Shown: positions 1 to 18,713 of the stretch, in pieces
Layout of the letters: each line of letters opens with the position of its first letter
Position numbering within the stretch: the first letter of the stretch is position 1
Assembly: GCF_009914755.1 (NCBI RefSeq)
Contig: NC_060948.1
Direction: 5' to 3' (one strand)
Length of the DNA stretch: 64,000 bases
Source of the DNA: the human T2T-CHM13v2.0 reference genome, Homo sapiens
Notes under the pieces: model-generated
Told to the model about the DNA's origin: nothing
Seen by the model: the letters and a program-made list of their open reading frames with translations, nothing else
The model's database searches: none
Made by a program: the position numbers and the translations under genes

Positions 1-1259
1 CACCTGGAGATGGCAAATCAAAATCTGACTGGAATAAGAAAATGCCTTTTGTTTTTGTATTTTTTCCTAGGCTTAAACCTAGGAAATTTTTAATAAGTCA
101 TGTGTTGCTGAATCTTATTATAAATTATATTACAAGAAAAAGCAGCAGTACAACCTGGCCAACCAGATTACCTTACATAACTGTTCCTTTCTAGCATCTT
201 TCAGTTAGGAGAATTTAATTTCTTGAGATACAAAAATATTCTGGAAAAACTTTATCTTTTATAAAAGAGTATAAACCACTGGTAAATAAAACTCATGACC
301 ATCAATCAAGTGGGAGGTCTGAGATTTTCTCAGGAAGGTTTCATTCAGTCATCTGCAGATATGAAGGAAAAATTGGGGTTCAAAGGGCTGATGTTGGTAT
401 CAAAGAACTCAGTTCCTGTAATGTTCCAGATGATCTTGGGATGTGTACTCTGAGGTCCCTGCATGATTGTTAAAATTGTTAGCTATAAAAAAGGGGGGTC
501 TTATATAGAATTAAAGTTAGCTTTTTTTCAGAGTCTTACTGAGCATTGCAATTCAAGAGAGTATTTGCTCCAGGTAAGATTCAGCTCATATCCACCTGTG
601 GTGGCTACAGGGTAAGACTCCTTCTCTTTGAGAAAAGTGAAGGGTAAAGTAAAGGACTTTGTCTAGCACCTTAGGTATCAGCCCAGCCACAGTGGAGTTA
701 TGGGGTCTATGATTTCAGGCCTTGGCTCTAGGATGGCATTTCTGGACCTTCTAGGTCCAGAAGAGAGCCCACTGCCATGAAAGGTAAGTCACAGGTTTGG
801 CAGCATTCTCTACTAGTTGACTTAAGACACCTTGGGCCTTAAGGGAACATCAGTGGCAGTCTGACAGTGTTCCATGTGGACCTGTGTTGGTGGTAGCCAT
901 GGAGTGAGGTTCCTCTGTCTTTGGAAAGTGGACAGAAGAGAGAGAAGGACTGCAGTTTGTGGTTCAGCTCAGCTGCAGTACAATAAAACACCAGGTAGCC
1001 TTTAATATTTTAACATTAGTCCCTGGCTGCTGCGTGGCACCTTTGGAACTGCCTAGGTCATGAATAATTTACCACTCTGAAGGGAAGGACCCAGTACTGG
1101 CTGGCTTCATGACCTACTGATTGTAGAGCCCCAGGGCCTTGAGCCACCCTAGGTGGTAGGTAAGAGTGGTTAGAGCAGGCCATGTGTAAGATCCAGTGCC
1201 GTGTTGGCGTCTGGTCTGACCCAGCACAATTCTGCTGCTGGTGCCCACAGCAGTCCTTC

Positions 1260-1447
1260 TGTTATTACACTCCTGGCTCCAAGTGGCTTATGAGAGGAAA
1301 AGACACACATACACACACACACACATTCCATTTGGTAAGAAGCAGTGTTTGTGTTATTACTCTCCTGGCTCCAGGTGGCTTATGAGAGGGAAGGACACAC
1401 AGACACACACACACACACACACACACCATTTGTTTGGTAAAAAGCAA
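1260..1447. repeat. ~95 bp tandem duplication, each copy containing a (CA)n tract
   Basis: tgttattacWctcctggctccaRgtggcttatgagaggRaaRgacacac...tttggtaaRaagca occurs at ~1260 and ~1353. Confidence 0.85.
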
Positions 1448-1690
1448 GAGAGGAGAACAAGAGTCTCTGCCTGGAAATCCAGAGAATTCTTCTGTGTCCT
1501 GTCTGAGACAATCAGGTGTTACCTCCATAAGTCTGAAAGAACCATAAGACCACAGGACTTGGGGTGACCCCTAAAGCCAATATATGTTAGAACACAATAC
1601 TCAAGTGTTTTTAAATATCTGGAAGCCTTCCCAAGAAAGAGAGGTACAAATAAGCCCAGACTATGAAGACCATAAGAAATATCTAATTCT

Positions 1691-2000
<310 letters not shown>

Positions 2001-2489
2001 AAATACCTAATTCTTCGATACCCAGATACAGACAAACATACACAAGTACCAAGATGATCCAGGAAACAAGACCTCTCAAAATCAACTAAATAAAGCAACA
2101 GAAACCAATCCTGGAGAAACAGATATGTGACCTTTCAGATAATTTAAAATAGCTTTTCTGAGGAAACAAAATATTCAAGATAACATAGGAAAATTCAGAA
2201 TTCTATCAGATAAATTTAACAAAGAGATTGCAATAACTAAAAATAACCAAACAGAAAATCTGGAGCTGAGAAAATGAGTCTTTAACAGCAGAATTGTTGA
2301 AATAGAAAAAAGCATTAGTGAACTTGAAGACAAGCTATTTTAAAATACACAGTCACAAGAGTCAGAAAAAAAAGAAAGAACAATGAAGAATGACAACGTG
2401 ACTTAGAAAATACATCAGAAGGGCAAATATAAAGGTTATTGGCCTTAAAAAGGAGGTACAGAAAGAAATAGGGATAGAAACTTAATTCA

Positions 2490-2789
<300 letters not shown>

Positions 2790-5620
2790 TTATTCAAAAA
2801 GATAATAACAGAGAATATCTTAAACCTAGAGGAATATATCAATATCCACATACAAGAAAGTAATAGGATATTAAACTGATTTAACCCAAAGAAGACACCT
2901 TAAGGCATATAATAATCAAACTCCCAAAGGTCAAAGATAAAGGAAGAGTTTTAAAAGTAGCAAGAGAAATGACACACAAAAAAACATGCAATGGAGCCCT
3001 AATAGTTTCAGCAGTGGACTTTTCAGAGAAAACCTTGTGGGCTGAAATTCTTAAAATGCTGACACAAACAAAACAAACAAATAAAAAATACCTTTCATCG
3101 TAGACTGGTATATTCAATGAAAATATCCTTCAAACATGAAGGAGCAATAAAGACTGTCAGAGATGAAAGCTGAGGAATTTCATGAACATCATACCCGTCT
3201 TACAGAAAAAAAACATGTTTAAAAGGAGTACTTCAATCAGAAAGCAAATGACATTTATGAGCAATAAGAAATCATCTGACAGTACAGAACCCACTGGTAT
3301 AGTAAGCATAGAGAAAAACTACAAAATATTATAATATGGTAACTGTGTTGTGTGAATTACTCTTAATTAGAAAGAGTAAACAATGAACCAATCAAAAATA
3401 ATAACTGCAACAACTTTTCAAGACATAGTCCCTAATACAAAAATAAACAAGAAAAAGTTAAAAGTGAGGTGACAAAGTTAAGGTATAGAGCTTTTATTAT
3501 TTTTCTTTTGGCTTGTTTGTTTATGCAGAGAGGGTTAAATTGCTATCAGCTTAAGATGTTTGGTTATAAGATAGCATTTGAAAGCCTTATGGTAATCTCA
3601 AACCAAAAAACATACAATGGATGTGGATTAAAAAAAGAAATAAACCAAAAACTAAATCATATCACCAGAGAAAATCACCTTCACTGAAAGCAAGACAGGA
3701 AGGAAACAAATAAGGAAAGAAGACCATAAAGCAACCACAACACAAATAAGAAAATGGAAAATGGCAAGAGTAAGCACTTAGCCATCAATAATAAAATGGA
3801 CTGTAAATGAACTAAACTCTACAATCAAAAGACATACAGTGGCTGCATAAATAAAACAATAAGATCTAATGACCTGTTGCTTAAGAAACACAATTTACAT
3901 ACAAAAACACACATAGACTGAAAATGAGGGACGGAAATAGTTATTTCATGCAAGTGGAATCCCCCCACCACCAAAAAAAGAAAAAAGATCAGGAGTCATT
4001 ATATCAGACAAAATAGATATCAAGACTAAAACTGTAATAGGAGACAAAGAGGTTCACTATATAATAATAAAGAAGTAAATTTAACATGAGGATATAACAT
4101 TTTTAAATATGTATGTACTCAACCCTGGAGCACCTGACATATAAAGCAAAGATTATTATAGCTAGAAAAAGATAACCCCAATACAATAATAGCTGGAGAC
4201 TTCAACACCTCACTTTCAACATTGGACAGGATTTCCAGACAGAAAATCCATAAAAAACTTTGGACTTAATCTGCACTAGAGACCAAATTGACCTAACAGG
4301 TATTTACAGAACCTTTCATCCAATATTCTGTAACATGGATGACCATTTCATCCAATACATTTTTTTCTTAGCACATGGATTATTTTTCAAAGATAGATCA
4401 CATGTTATTTTACAAAACAAGTCTTGAAACTTTCCAAAAATTGTAATAATATTAAGCATCTTTTCTGACCACAATGGAATATTACTAGAAATAAATAACA
4501 GAAGCAGTTTTGGAAACTATACAAATACATTGAAATTGAATAATATACTACTGAATGACCAGTAGGTCAAGAAAAGGATTAAGAAGAAAATTTAAAAATT
4601 TCTTGAAACCAATGATAAAGGAAGTATGGCATACCAAAACCTATGAAATGCAGTGAAAGCAGTACTAAGAGTTCTACCATACTAAGTATATGGCTATAAT
4701 AAGTGGCTACATGAAAAAAGAAGAAAAACTTCAAATAACAACCTACCAATTCCTCCTGAAGAACTAGAAAAGCAAAATCAAAGTGAACCCAAAACTAGCA
4801 CAAGAAATTATAAAGATTAGAGCATAAATGAAATTGAAATAAAAAATACAAAGAACAATGAAGCAAAAAGATGTTTTTTTTAAAAAAAATACAAAATTGA
4901 GAATCCCTTAGCCAGACTAAGAAAAAAAGAGTGAAGATCCAAATAACTCAGAGTTGAAAAAGGAGACATTGAAATTGATTCTGCAGAATCTCAAAGTATC
5001 ATTACTGGCTACCATGAGCAACTCTATTCCAAAAAGTGGAAAATCTAAAAGAAATAGAAAAATTTCTAGATACATAAAACCTATCATGAAGAATGAATCA
5101 TGAAGAAATCCAAAACATAAACAAACCAACAACAAATAGTGACATCAAAGCTGTAATAAAAATCCTCCCAGGGAAGAAAAGCCGAGGACCTGATGGCATC
5201 ATTGCTGAATTTTATCAAACATTTACGGAAGAACTAATACTTATTCTACTCTATTCTGAAAAACAGAGAGGGAGAGAATACTTCCAAACCAATTCTATGA
5301 AATCATTACTACTCTGATACCAAACCCAGACAAAGACAAATTAAAAAAAGAAAACTACAGACGAATATGTCAGATAAGCATTGATGAAAAAGTCCTCAAT
5401 AAAATACTATTATAGCAAACTGAATTCAGTGATACATTTAAAAGATTATTTGTTGTGACCAATTGGGAATTATGTCTGGAATTCCAAGATGGGTAAGAAT
5501 GCACAAACCAATCAATGCAATATATCATAGTCACAGAATAAAAGACAAAGATAATATGATCATTTAATTCATGCTAAGGAAGCACTTAATGAAATTTAGC
5601 ATCTCTTCCTGATAAAAATC

Positions 5621-5653
<33 letters not shown>

Positions 5654-6835
5654 AGGGAATAGAAGAAATAGACCTCAACATAACAAAAGCCACATATGAC
5701 AGACCCATGGCTAATATCACACTGAGTGAGGTAAAGCTGATCTTTCTCAAAGATTTGGAAAACAACAAGTATGTCTAAAGTCACCATTGTTATTTAACAC
5801 AGTAAGAGAGGTTCTAACTAGAGCATTCAGGCAAGAGAAAGATAGAGAGGGCATCCAAATTGGAAAGAAAGGTGTCAAATTATCATTGTTTGCAGATGAT
5901 ATTATCTTGTATTTGGAAAAACCTAAAGATTTCACCAAAAAAAAAACTATGAGCACAGATAAGCAAATTCAGTGAAGTTGTTAGATACAAAATCAATATA
6001 CAAAAATCATTAGCATTTGTTTATGCCAACTGTGAACAATCTGAAAAGGAAATGAAGACTGTAATTTCATTTATAATAGCAATAAATAAATACCTAGGAA
6101 TTAACTAAAGTGAAAGATTTCTGTAATGAAAACAATTAATCACTGATGAAAGAAATTGAAGATGACATACAAAAAAAAAATAGAAAGATATTCCTTGTTA
6201 TTGGTTTGGAAGAATCAATATTGTTGCAATGTCCACATTACCCAAAACAATCTGTAGATTCCATGCAAGCCCTATCAAAGTACCAAGAAAATTCTTTATA
6301 GAAATAGATAAAGTGATTCTAAAATTTATATGGAAACACAAAAAACCCAGAATAGCCAAACCTTTCCTAAGCCAAACTGAGAAATTACATTAACTGACTT
6401 TAAATTATACTGCAGAGATATGGTAACCAAAACAAAATGGTACTGTCATAAAAAACAGACACATAGACCAATAAAACAGAATAGAGAACACAGAAACAAA
6501 TCCATACACCTATATTGAAGTGATTTTTTGATAAAGATGCCAAGCATATATACTGGGGAAACGATAGTTTCTAATAAATTGTTCCAGGAAAGCTAGATAT
6601 CCATATTCAGAAAAATGAAAATAGATCCCTAACTCTTGCCATATGCCAAAATCAAATGAAAATAGATTAAATAATCAAGTCTAAGACCTCAGACTATGAA
6701 AATACTGGAAGAAAGCATAGAAGAAACTCTCTAGGACATTGATTGGGGCAAAAACTTATGAAGTCATACTCCACAAGCAGTGGCAACCAAAACAAAAATG
6801 GTCAAAGGGAATCACACCAAGTTAAAAAGCTTCTT

Positions 6836-6933
6836 AATGGGTGCAGCACAACAACATGACACATATATATATATGCACCCAACCGGCACGTTGTGCACAT
6901 GTACCCTAGAACTTAAAGTATAATAATAATAAA
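6836..6933 (+). mobile_element. Very short 5'-truncated L1PA 3' end inserted in the older L1
   Basis: aatgggtgcagcaca...gttgtgcacatgtaccctagaacttaaagtataataata is the L1PA 3' terminus. The host L1 ORF2 sequence resumes after it. Confidence 0.8.
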
Positions 6934-8090
6934 AACAACCTTCTGTACAACAAAAGACACTCTTAAAGTGAAGAGACAACCTAAAGAATATAGAAAATAC
7001 CTGCAAACTACATATCTGACAAGGGATTAATAACTAGAACATATAAGAAACCCAAACAATTCTATAGGAAAAAATCAAATAATCTAATTTTTAAATGGGC
7101 AAAATATTGGAATTGCTGTTTCTCAAAAGAAGACATGCAAATGCCAAACCTGCCTATAAAAAGGTGCCAAACATCATTAATCATCAGATAAATGCAAATC
7201 AAAACTAGAATGAGATACCATCTTACTCCAGTAAAAATGGTTTATATCCAAAACAAGGGCAATAACAAATCATGGCAAAGATGTGGAGCAAAGGAAAACC
7301 TCATAAACTATTGATGTAAATGTAAATTACTACAACCACTAGGGAGAACAGTTTGGAGAGTTCTCAAAAAACTTAAAATAGAGCTACCATATGATTCAGC
7401 AATCCCACTGCTGGGCATATATACCCCCTTAAAAGAAAACAAGTACATCAAAGATAACCTGCACTCTCATGATTTTTGCAGCACTATCCACAATAGCTGA
7501 AATTTGGAAGCAATTTGTGTCCAACAACAGAAGAATGGATTTTAAAAATGTAGTACATACACCCAACATAGTACTATTCAGCCATAAAAAAGAATGAGAT
7601 CTAGTCATTTGTAACAACATAGATTGTACTGATTGTAATTATGTTAAGTGAAATAAGTCAGGCACAGAGAGATGAAAATCACATCTTCTCACTTATATGT
7701 AGGATTTAAATGTCAAAGCAATTAAACTCATGGGAATAGAAGGTACAAGGCTGGTTACCAGAGACTAGAAAAGGTAGAGAGAATTAGTGGAAAGATGAGT
7801 TTGGTTAATGGGTACAAAAAAATAGAATAAATAATACCTAGTATTTGCTAATACAACAGGGTGAATACAGTCAATAATAATTTAACTGTAAATTTTAAAA
7901 TAACTAAAATAATATAATTAGATTGTAATACAAAGTTTAAATGTTTGAGGGCATAGATATTTCATTATTCCATTCTGATAATGTGATTATTTCATATTAC
8001 ATGTTTGTAATGAAGCATATATCCCATAAATATATACATCTATCATTTACTCACAAAAATTAAAAATATAAAATATTTAAAAAAACACAA

Positions 8091-8534
8091 TGGAATATTT
8101 TGCATAATAAAAAACATTGCCCTAAAATTTATATAGTCTCAAGGAACTGTTAATAGCCAAAACACTCTTAAGAAAACAAAATTGGAGGTCTCACATTTCC
8201 TTATTTAAAAACCTATCACAAAACAACAGTAATAAAAGGTATTACTTGTGTAAATGTAGTATAAAATAAGTAAAATATATAAAGAACTCACAAATAAGCC
8301 TTCTAGTGAGTTGGTTTTTGACAAGAGAGATAAGACAATTTAATGGGGAGAAATAGTTTTTTTTTAACAAATGGTGTTGAGGAAAGTAAGTATTGACAGG
8401 GAAAAACAACAAAAATTAAATTCTTACTTTATACCATATATAAAAATTAACTCAAAATCGGTCAAAAACCTAAAGTTAAGGCCTAAATGTGTAGAGTTCT
8501 TAGACAAAAATAAGAAAAAATCTTCATGATGCTG
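8091..8534 (+). mobile_element. Old L1M ORF2 3' fragment
   Basis: Degenerate L1 ORF2-like sequence (aatagccaaaaca...aaattggagg...ataccatatataaaaattaactcaaaat). Confidence 0.6.
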
Positions 8535-11950
<3,416 letters not shown>

Positions 11951-13030
11951 TAAAATACATTATATCTATTTTTTTAAAGGCTTTCCTGAGCACGCAACAC
12001 ACAGTGAGGCTGTGCTCTCCAGGAATGCACAGCAGATGACCCAGTGAGTTCCCAGTTGGTGCAGGTCTTGGTTAGAGTGAGGTGGGGTGAAAGGGAAGCA
12101 CTTTCCTGATGTTTCCCTGTGTTCCAATGTACTTCACATTCTAGGCCTCTGAACAGGGGCTCTCAGTTGAGTGAGTGGTTCTCATCTCCTGCTGGCCTGG
12201 CATTTCATTGTTCTGGAATTTCTGCCCAAGTGGAGACTGAGCTGTGTGCTGTGCCAGCTTCCTTCTGATGCATCTGTGAGCTGCTGTTGTGAGGTTGGTG
12301 GCACGAGGGAGAGCTGAACCGAAAGACATAACCCCTCCTACCGAGGCTGACCTCACACTCTAGGGGAGTAGCACAGTGTCCTTTAAAAGACCTTAGTGGA
12401 AACTTTCTTTACCTGGTGAAAATACGTGGTAGTAAAATAATTTACTGTTTTAACATGAGCCCTCCTGCTTGGAAAAGCTTTTATACAATCAGAAATTACA
12501 CACTGAAAATAATAGTCGAATGAAATCCCTTTATAAAATGTTTAAATGGCTCATCAGGTGACCAAATGTACCTGAAGAATTTGTAAGTTGTCACACCAAT
12601 GTATTCAATTTGAATGTTTTTTATCTTTTCCATGCTGAGCCACAGAATGCAGAACTTCTAATAATAAAAGATTTAAGGACTCAGGGGGGACAAGGTGGCC
12701 ATCCTGGTTCTCCATGAGTCAATGCTTAATAAACATTAGACTAATATCTTCTTGAATGCCAGTTGTTTTTCCAAATTAGGTGCATAGCACTGATAATTGA
12801 TGGTTTATCATGGGTAATGTGACTGAGACCATGAGGTTTACTTACATTGTATATTTAAAGAATTTCAATATCAGCTGGTTTCACATGAAAATCTGACAAA
12901 GTATTTTCTTGATATTTAATAATTTTTTGTTCTACTTAGATTAGTAGCTTTATAGAGGGAAATTTGGTTATTTACGTGGTTTACAATATCTTAACATAAT
13001 AACTCTACTTAGAAATTAGAATTCTAGAGT

Positions 13031-15190
13031 ATCAAGGATCACGCTCCTCATGGCAGATGAGAGGCAGGAGTAGATTGCAGCTCTGGAGAGAGCATCTAAA
13101 ACATGAATTTTAGCTCCAGATTGACCGCAAGAAAAAAACGGCAATCTTGAGAGGACCACAGATTCTCTGAAGGAAGTGGACTGTTCCTGCATGACCTAGG
13201 AGACACACCAAATATTGTAAGTGCCCAACTGTGAAAGCGGAAAAGGGAGACCCTCCTCTCCCAAACACACACCACCACTAGAGAAACTGATGATGTGTTT
13301 GCAAGAGAATTTTCTGACTTTACCTGGAGCTGAGTCAGTTTAGAGAGCCAAGTCAAATGCAGGGGTCAAGGAAGCAGCAGAAAGGCCCTAGGAACTAGCT
13401 GGATTCCCTAGCAGGCAATTCCTGCCTGGCACCACAGGGATCCATCCAGAGGGTGGCCAAAGGAGCAGGAGGTAAAACTTAACAGGGAGAAAAAAATCTC
13501 TAGCTGACCTTTGTAAGTAATAATTTGAAAGGGGCAAGAAGCCTCCTGGCCAGAACTCACAGAAGGGGCAAATCTGGTGTGGAAATTCCACAGGTGGAGA
13601 AAGAACCAAGCCCCCTTTTTTCGCACCTGGGAGATGGGTATCCTCGGGCAAGTTTTCAAGCCTGTCTCACCCTCTACCTGGAAACAAACTCAGGGATGTT
13701 GGAGTGGCATAGTGAAAGTGAGATTGGCCCTTCAGTTTGCATGGGAGGTGGGTGAGGCCTGTGACTGCTAGATTTCCCCTACTCCCCTGGAAACCTGCAT
13801 GACTCAACACAGGCACTGAGTCATGCAGGCACTGGTATCCACAGCTGACAGACACATAGTTCATACCACAGAACTCTGGGTAGACTCTGTGTAGACAACC
13901 CCCAGTACTGACCTGGAAATGGGTAGACTTATTGGGTGGCTAGACCCAGAAATGAGGCAACAATCGCTGCAGTTTGGCTCACAAGAAGCCGCATCCATAG
14001 GAAAAGTGGGAGAGTGTTACATCGAGGGAACACTCTGTGGGAAAAAATAATCTGAACAACAGTCTTAAGCCCTAGATCTTCTCTCTGACAGACCCTACCC
14101 AAATAAGAAGGAACATAAAAACCAACCCTGGTAATATGACAAAACAAGGCTCTTCAACACTCCCAGAAAAATCACACTAATTCACCAGCAATGGAACCAA
14201 ACAAAGAAGAAATCCTTGATTTACCTGAAAAATAATTTAGGAGGTTAGTTACTAAGCTAGTCAGAGAGACAAAAGAGAAACGCAAAGCTGAATGCAAGAA
14301 AATTAAAAAAAAAAAAAAAAAAACCCGATACAAGAAGTGAAGGAAGAAACAGTTGAGGACATAGATAGCTTAAAGAAAAGAAAAACAATCAAAAATTCAG
14401 GGAACTTTAGGCACAATTCTAGAAATGCAAAATACTCTGGAAAATCTCAGCAACAGAATTGAACAAGCAGAAGGAAGAAATTCAAAGCTTAAAGAAAAAT
14501 TAAAAATTAAAGAAAAAGGTCTTTGAATTCACCCAATGTAACAAAGATAAAGAAAAAAGAATAAGAAAATATGAACAAAGCCTCCAAGTAATCTAAGATC
14601 ATGTTAAATGATCAAACCTAAGAATAATCAGCGTTCCTAAGAAGAGAATTCTAAAAGCTTAGAAAATATATTTGGGGGAATAATCAAGGAAAACTTTTCT
14701 CATCTGGCTGGAGACCTAGACATCCAAATACGAGAAGCAAAAAGAACACATGGGAAATTCGTTGCAAAAAGATAATTGCCTAGGCACATTGTCATCAGGT
14801 TATCCAAAGTTAAGATGAGGGAAAGAATCTTAAGAGATTTGAGACAGAAGCTCCAGGTAAACTGTAAAGGAAACCCTATAAGATTAACAGCAGATTTCTC
14901 AGAAGAAACCCTACAAGCTAGATGGGATTGGGGCCCTATCTTCAGCCTCCTCAAACAAAGCAATTATCAGCCAATAATTTTGTATCCACTGAAACTAAGC
15001 ATTATGTATGAAGAAAAGATACAGTCTTTCAGACAAACAAATGCTGAGATAATTCACCATTACCAAGCCACCACTACAAGAACTGCCGTAAGGATCTCTA
15101 AAACTTGAAACAAATCCTGGTAACACATCAAAACAAAACCACTTCAGAGCATAAATCAAACAGAACCTATAAAATAAAAGTACAACTTAG

Positions 15191-15221
<31 letters not shown>

Positions 15222-18165
15222 CAGAAAAAAACCCTGAAAAACAAACACACACACACAAAAAAACAAAGTACACAGGTAACAAATAGCACAATGAATGCAA
15301 TGATACCTCACATCTTAATACTAATGTTGAATGTAAATTGCCTAAATGCTACACTTTAAAAAGATACAGAACCACAGAATTGATAAGAATTCATCCAACC
15401 ATCTTCTGCCTTCATGAGACTCACCTAACACATAAAGACTCACAAAAACTTAAATAAAGAAGTGGAAAAAAGCGTTTCATGAAAATGGGTACCAAAATTG
15501 AGCAGAGGTAGCTATTCTTAGACAAAACAAACTTTAAAGCAGAGCCATTAAAAGAGACAAAGAGGGACATTATATAATGATAAATGGGCTCGTCCAACAA
15601 GAAAATATCACAATCCTAAACATACATGTACCTAACACAGGAGCTCTCAAATTTATAAAAACAATTACTAATAGACCAAAGAAATAAGATAGACAGTAAC
15701 ACAATAACAGTGGGGGCATTTCAATACTCCATTGACAGCACTAGACAGGTCATCAAGACAGAAAGTCAACAAAGAAACAATGGATTTAAAGTATACTTTG
15801 GAAAAAATGAACTTAACAGATATGTACAGAACATTTCATCCAACAGCTGCAGAATACACATTCTATTCAACACAGCATGAAACTTTCTCCAAGATAGACC
15901 ATAGAATAGGCCATAAAATGAGCTTCAATAAATTTTAGAATATTAAAATAATATCAAGCACTCTCTTAGACCACACTGGAATAAAACTGGAAATCAAACC
16001 CAAAAGGAAACTTCAAAACCATGCAAATATATGAAAATTAGATAACCTGCTCCTGAATGATCACTGGGTCAAAAATAAAATCAAGATAGAAATTTTAAAA
16101 TTCTTTGAATTGAATGACAATAATTACACAACATATCAAAACTCTGGCATGCAGCAAAGGCAGTTTTAAGAGGAAAGTTCATAGCTCTAAACCCCTACAT
16201 CAAAAAGACTGAAAGAGCACAAACTGACATTTTACAGTCACACCTCAAGTAACTAGAAAAACAAGAATAAACAAAACCCTAATCCAGCAGAAGAAAGGAA
16301 ATGACCAAAATCAGAGCAGAGCTAAATATAATTGACAGAAGCAAAACAATACAAAAGATAAAACAAAAAGCTGGTTCTCTGAAAAGACAAATACAATTGA
16401 TAGGCTATTAGCAAGATTAACCAAGAAAAGAAGAGAGAAATCCAAATAACCTCATTAAGAAACAAAACAGGAGATATTACAACTAACACCACTGAAATAC
16501 AAAAGATCATTCAAGGCTTTTATGAACACTTTATGTACATAATCAAGAAAACCTAGAAGAGAAAAATAAATTCCTGGAAAGATACAACCTTCCTAGTTTA
16601 AAGCAGGAAAAATTAGATACCCTGAACCGACAAATAAAAAGCAGCAAGATTGAAATGGCAATAAAAAGTTACCAACAACAAACAAGTACAGGACAAGACA
16701 GATTCACAGCAGAATTCTACCATACATTCAAAGAAGAATTAGTACCAATCGTTTTGATGGGTAGAGAAAGAAGGAACATTCCCTAATTCATTCTATGAAG
16801 CCACCATCCCTCTAGTACCAAAACCAGGAAAGCATGTAACCAAACAAGAAAACTACAGACCAATATCCTTGATGAACATAGATGCTAAAATCCTTAACAC
16901 AATACTAGTTAACCAAAACCAACAATATATCAAAATGATAATCCACCATGATCAAGTGGGTTTTATGCCAGTGATGCAGGGATGGTATAACATACACAAA
17001 TTAATAGATGTGACACACCACATAAACACAGTTAAAAACAAAAACAAAAGATTATCTCAATAGGCACAGAAAAAGCATTCAACAAAATTCAGCATCCCTT
17101 TATCATTAAAACTCTCAGTAAAATTGGCATACGAGGGACATATATTAATGTAATAAAAGCCATCTATGACAAACCCACAGCCAACATAATACTGAATGGG
17201 AAAAAGTTGAAAGCAATCCCTCTTAGAACTGGAACAAGACAAGGATGCCCACTCTCACCATCCTCTTCAACATAGTACTGAAAGTCCTAGCCAGAGCAAT
17301 CAGACAAGAGAAAGAAATAAAAAGCATCCAAATCAGTAAACAGAAAGTCAAATTGTCACTGTTTGCTGACGATATAATTGGGTACCTTGAAAACCATAAA
17401 GATTCTTCCAGAAAGCTCCTAGAACTGATAAAAGAATTCAGATGAGTTTCTGGATACAAGATTAATGCAACAAATTAGTAGCTGATCTAAACACCAACAG
17501 TGACCAAGCAGATAATCAAATCAATAAGTCAACCCCTTTTACAATAGCTGTAAAAGATATACAAAATACTAAGGAATATACCTAACCAAGGACGTGAAAG
17601 TCCTCTACAAAGAAAATTAGAAAACACTCCAGAAAGAAATCATAGATTACACAAACATTTGGAAACACATCCCTTGCTCAGAGATCGGTAGAATCATTAT
17701 TGTGAAAATGACCATACTCCCAAAAGCAATCTATAAATTTAATGCAATCCTCCTCAAAAGCCACCATCATTCTTCACAGAATTAGAAAAACAATTCTAAA
17801 ATTCATATGGAACCAAAAAAGAGCCCACATAGCCAAAGCAAGAGTAAGCAAAAAGAACAAATCTGGAGGCATCACACTACCTGATTTCAAACTACGTTAT
17901 AAGGCCATAGTAACCAAAATATCTTGGTACTGTTATAAAAATAGGCACCTAGACCAATGGAACAAAATAGAGAACCCAGAAATAAACCCAAATACTTAGA
18001 GCCAACTGATCTTCGACAAAGCAAACAAAAACAAAAAGTGAGGAAAGGACAACCTTTTCGACAAATATTGCTGAGATAATTGGCTAGCCACATGTGGGAG
18101 AAAAAAATTGGATCCTCATCTCTCACCTTACACAAAAATCAACTCAAGATAGAAGGACTTAAATT
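13031..18165 (+). mobile_element. L1PB-type element with 5'UTR, ORF1 and most of ORF2, 3'-truncated
   Basis: L1PBa-like 5'UTR. ORF1 peptide PRHIVIRLSKVKMRERIL (ORF 14776-15108). ORF2 endonuclease and RT peptides ([15 protein letters not shown] in ORF 17245-17445). Ends abruptly at ~18165 with no 3'UTR or poly(A). Confidence 0.88.
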
Positions 18166-18396
18166 ATGGTAATTATGTGCTAGGTGCTGAAAAGGGCTAA
18201 TTATTTCCAGCACAGCTAGGGGTGTGGCCAGCTCCACATGTCCCCAGACCTTACATAGCTGGAAAGCAGGTAAGTTAAACAATTCTCAAGAGCCAAATAA
18301 GCAGTTTATGATCTTAAAGCATTCAGCCAACCTAATATTGAATATAATTTAGACCACATACTTACATTTTGAACAGAATTGTATCTTACCAATAAT

Positions 18397-18713
18397 CTCT
18401 TTCTTTCTTTCTTTCTTTTTTTTTTTTTTGAGATGGAGTCTCACTCTGTCACTCAGGCTGGAGTGCAGTGGTGCAATCTTGGCTCACTGCATGCTCCGCC
18501 TTCCAGGTTCACACCATTCTCCTGCCTCAGCCTCCTGAGTAGCTGGGACTACAGGTGCCCACCACCACGCCTGGCTAATTTTTTTTTGTATTTTTAGTAG
18601 ACACAGGGTTTCACTGTGTTAGCCAGGATAGTCTTGATCTCCTGACCTCATGTTCCGCCCACCTCAGCCTCCCAAAGTGCTGGGATTACAGGCATGAGAC
18701 ACTGCACCCGGCC
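18397..18713 (-). mobile_element. Alu (AluY/Sc-like) with TSD
   Basis: Reverse Alu. TSD tatYttaccaataat at 18382-18396 and 18715-18729. Confidence 0.93.

Noticed and set aside
1-530. Unassigned AT-rich sequence, possibly ERV internal
   Set aside because: I could not recognise a family or ORF with confidence.
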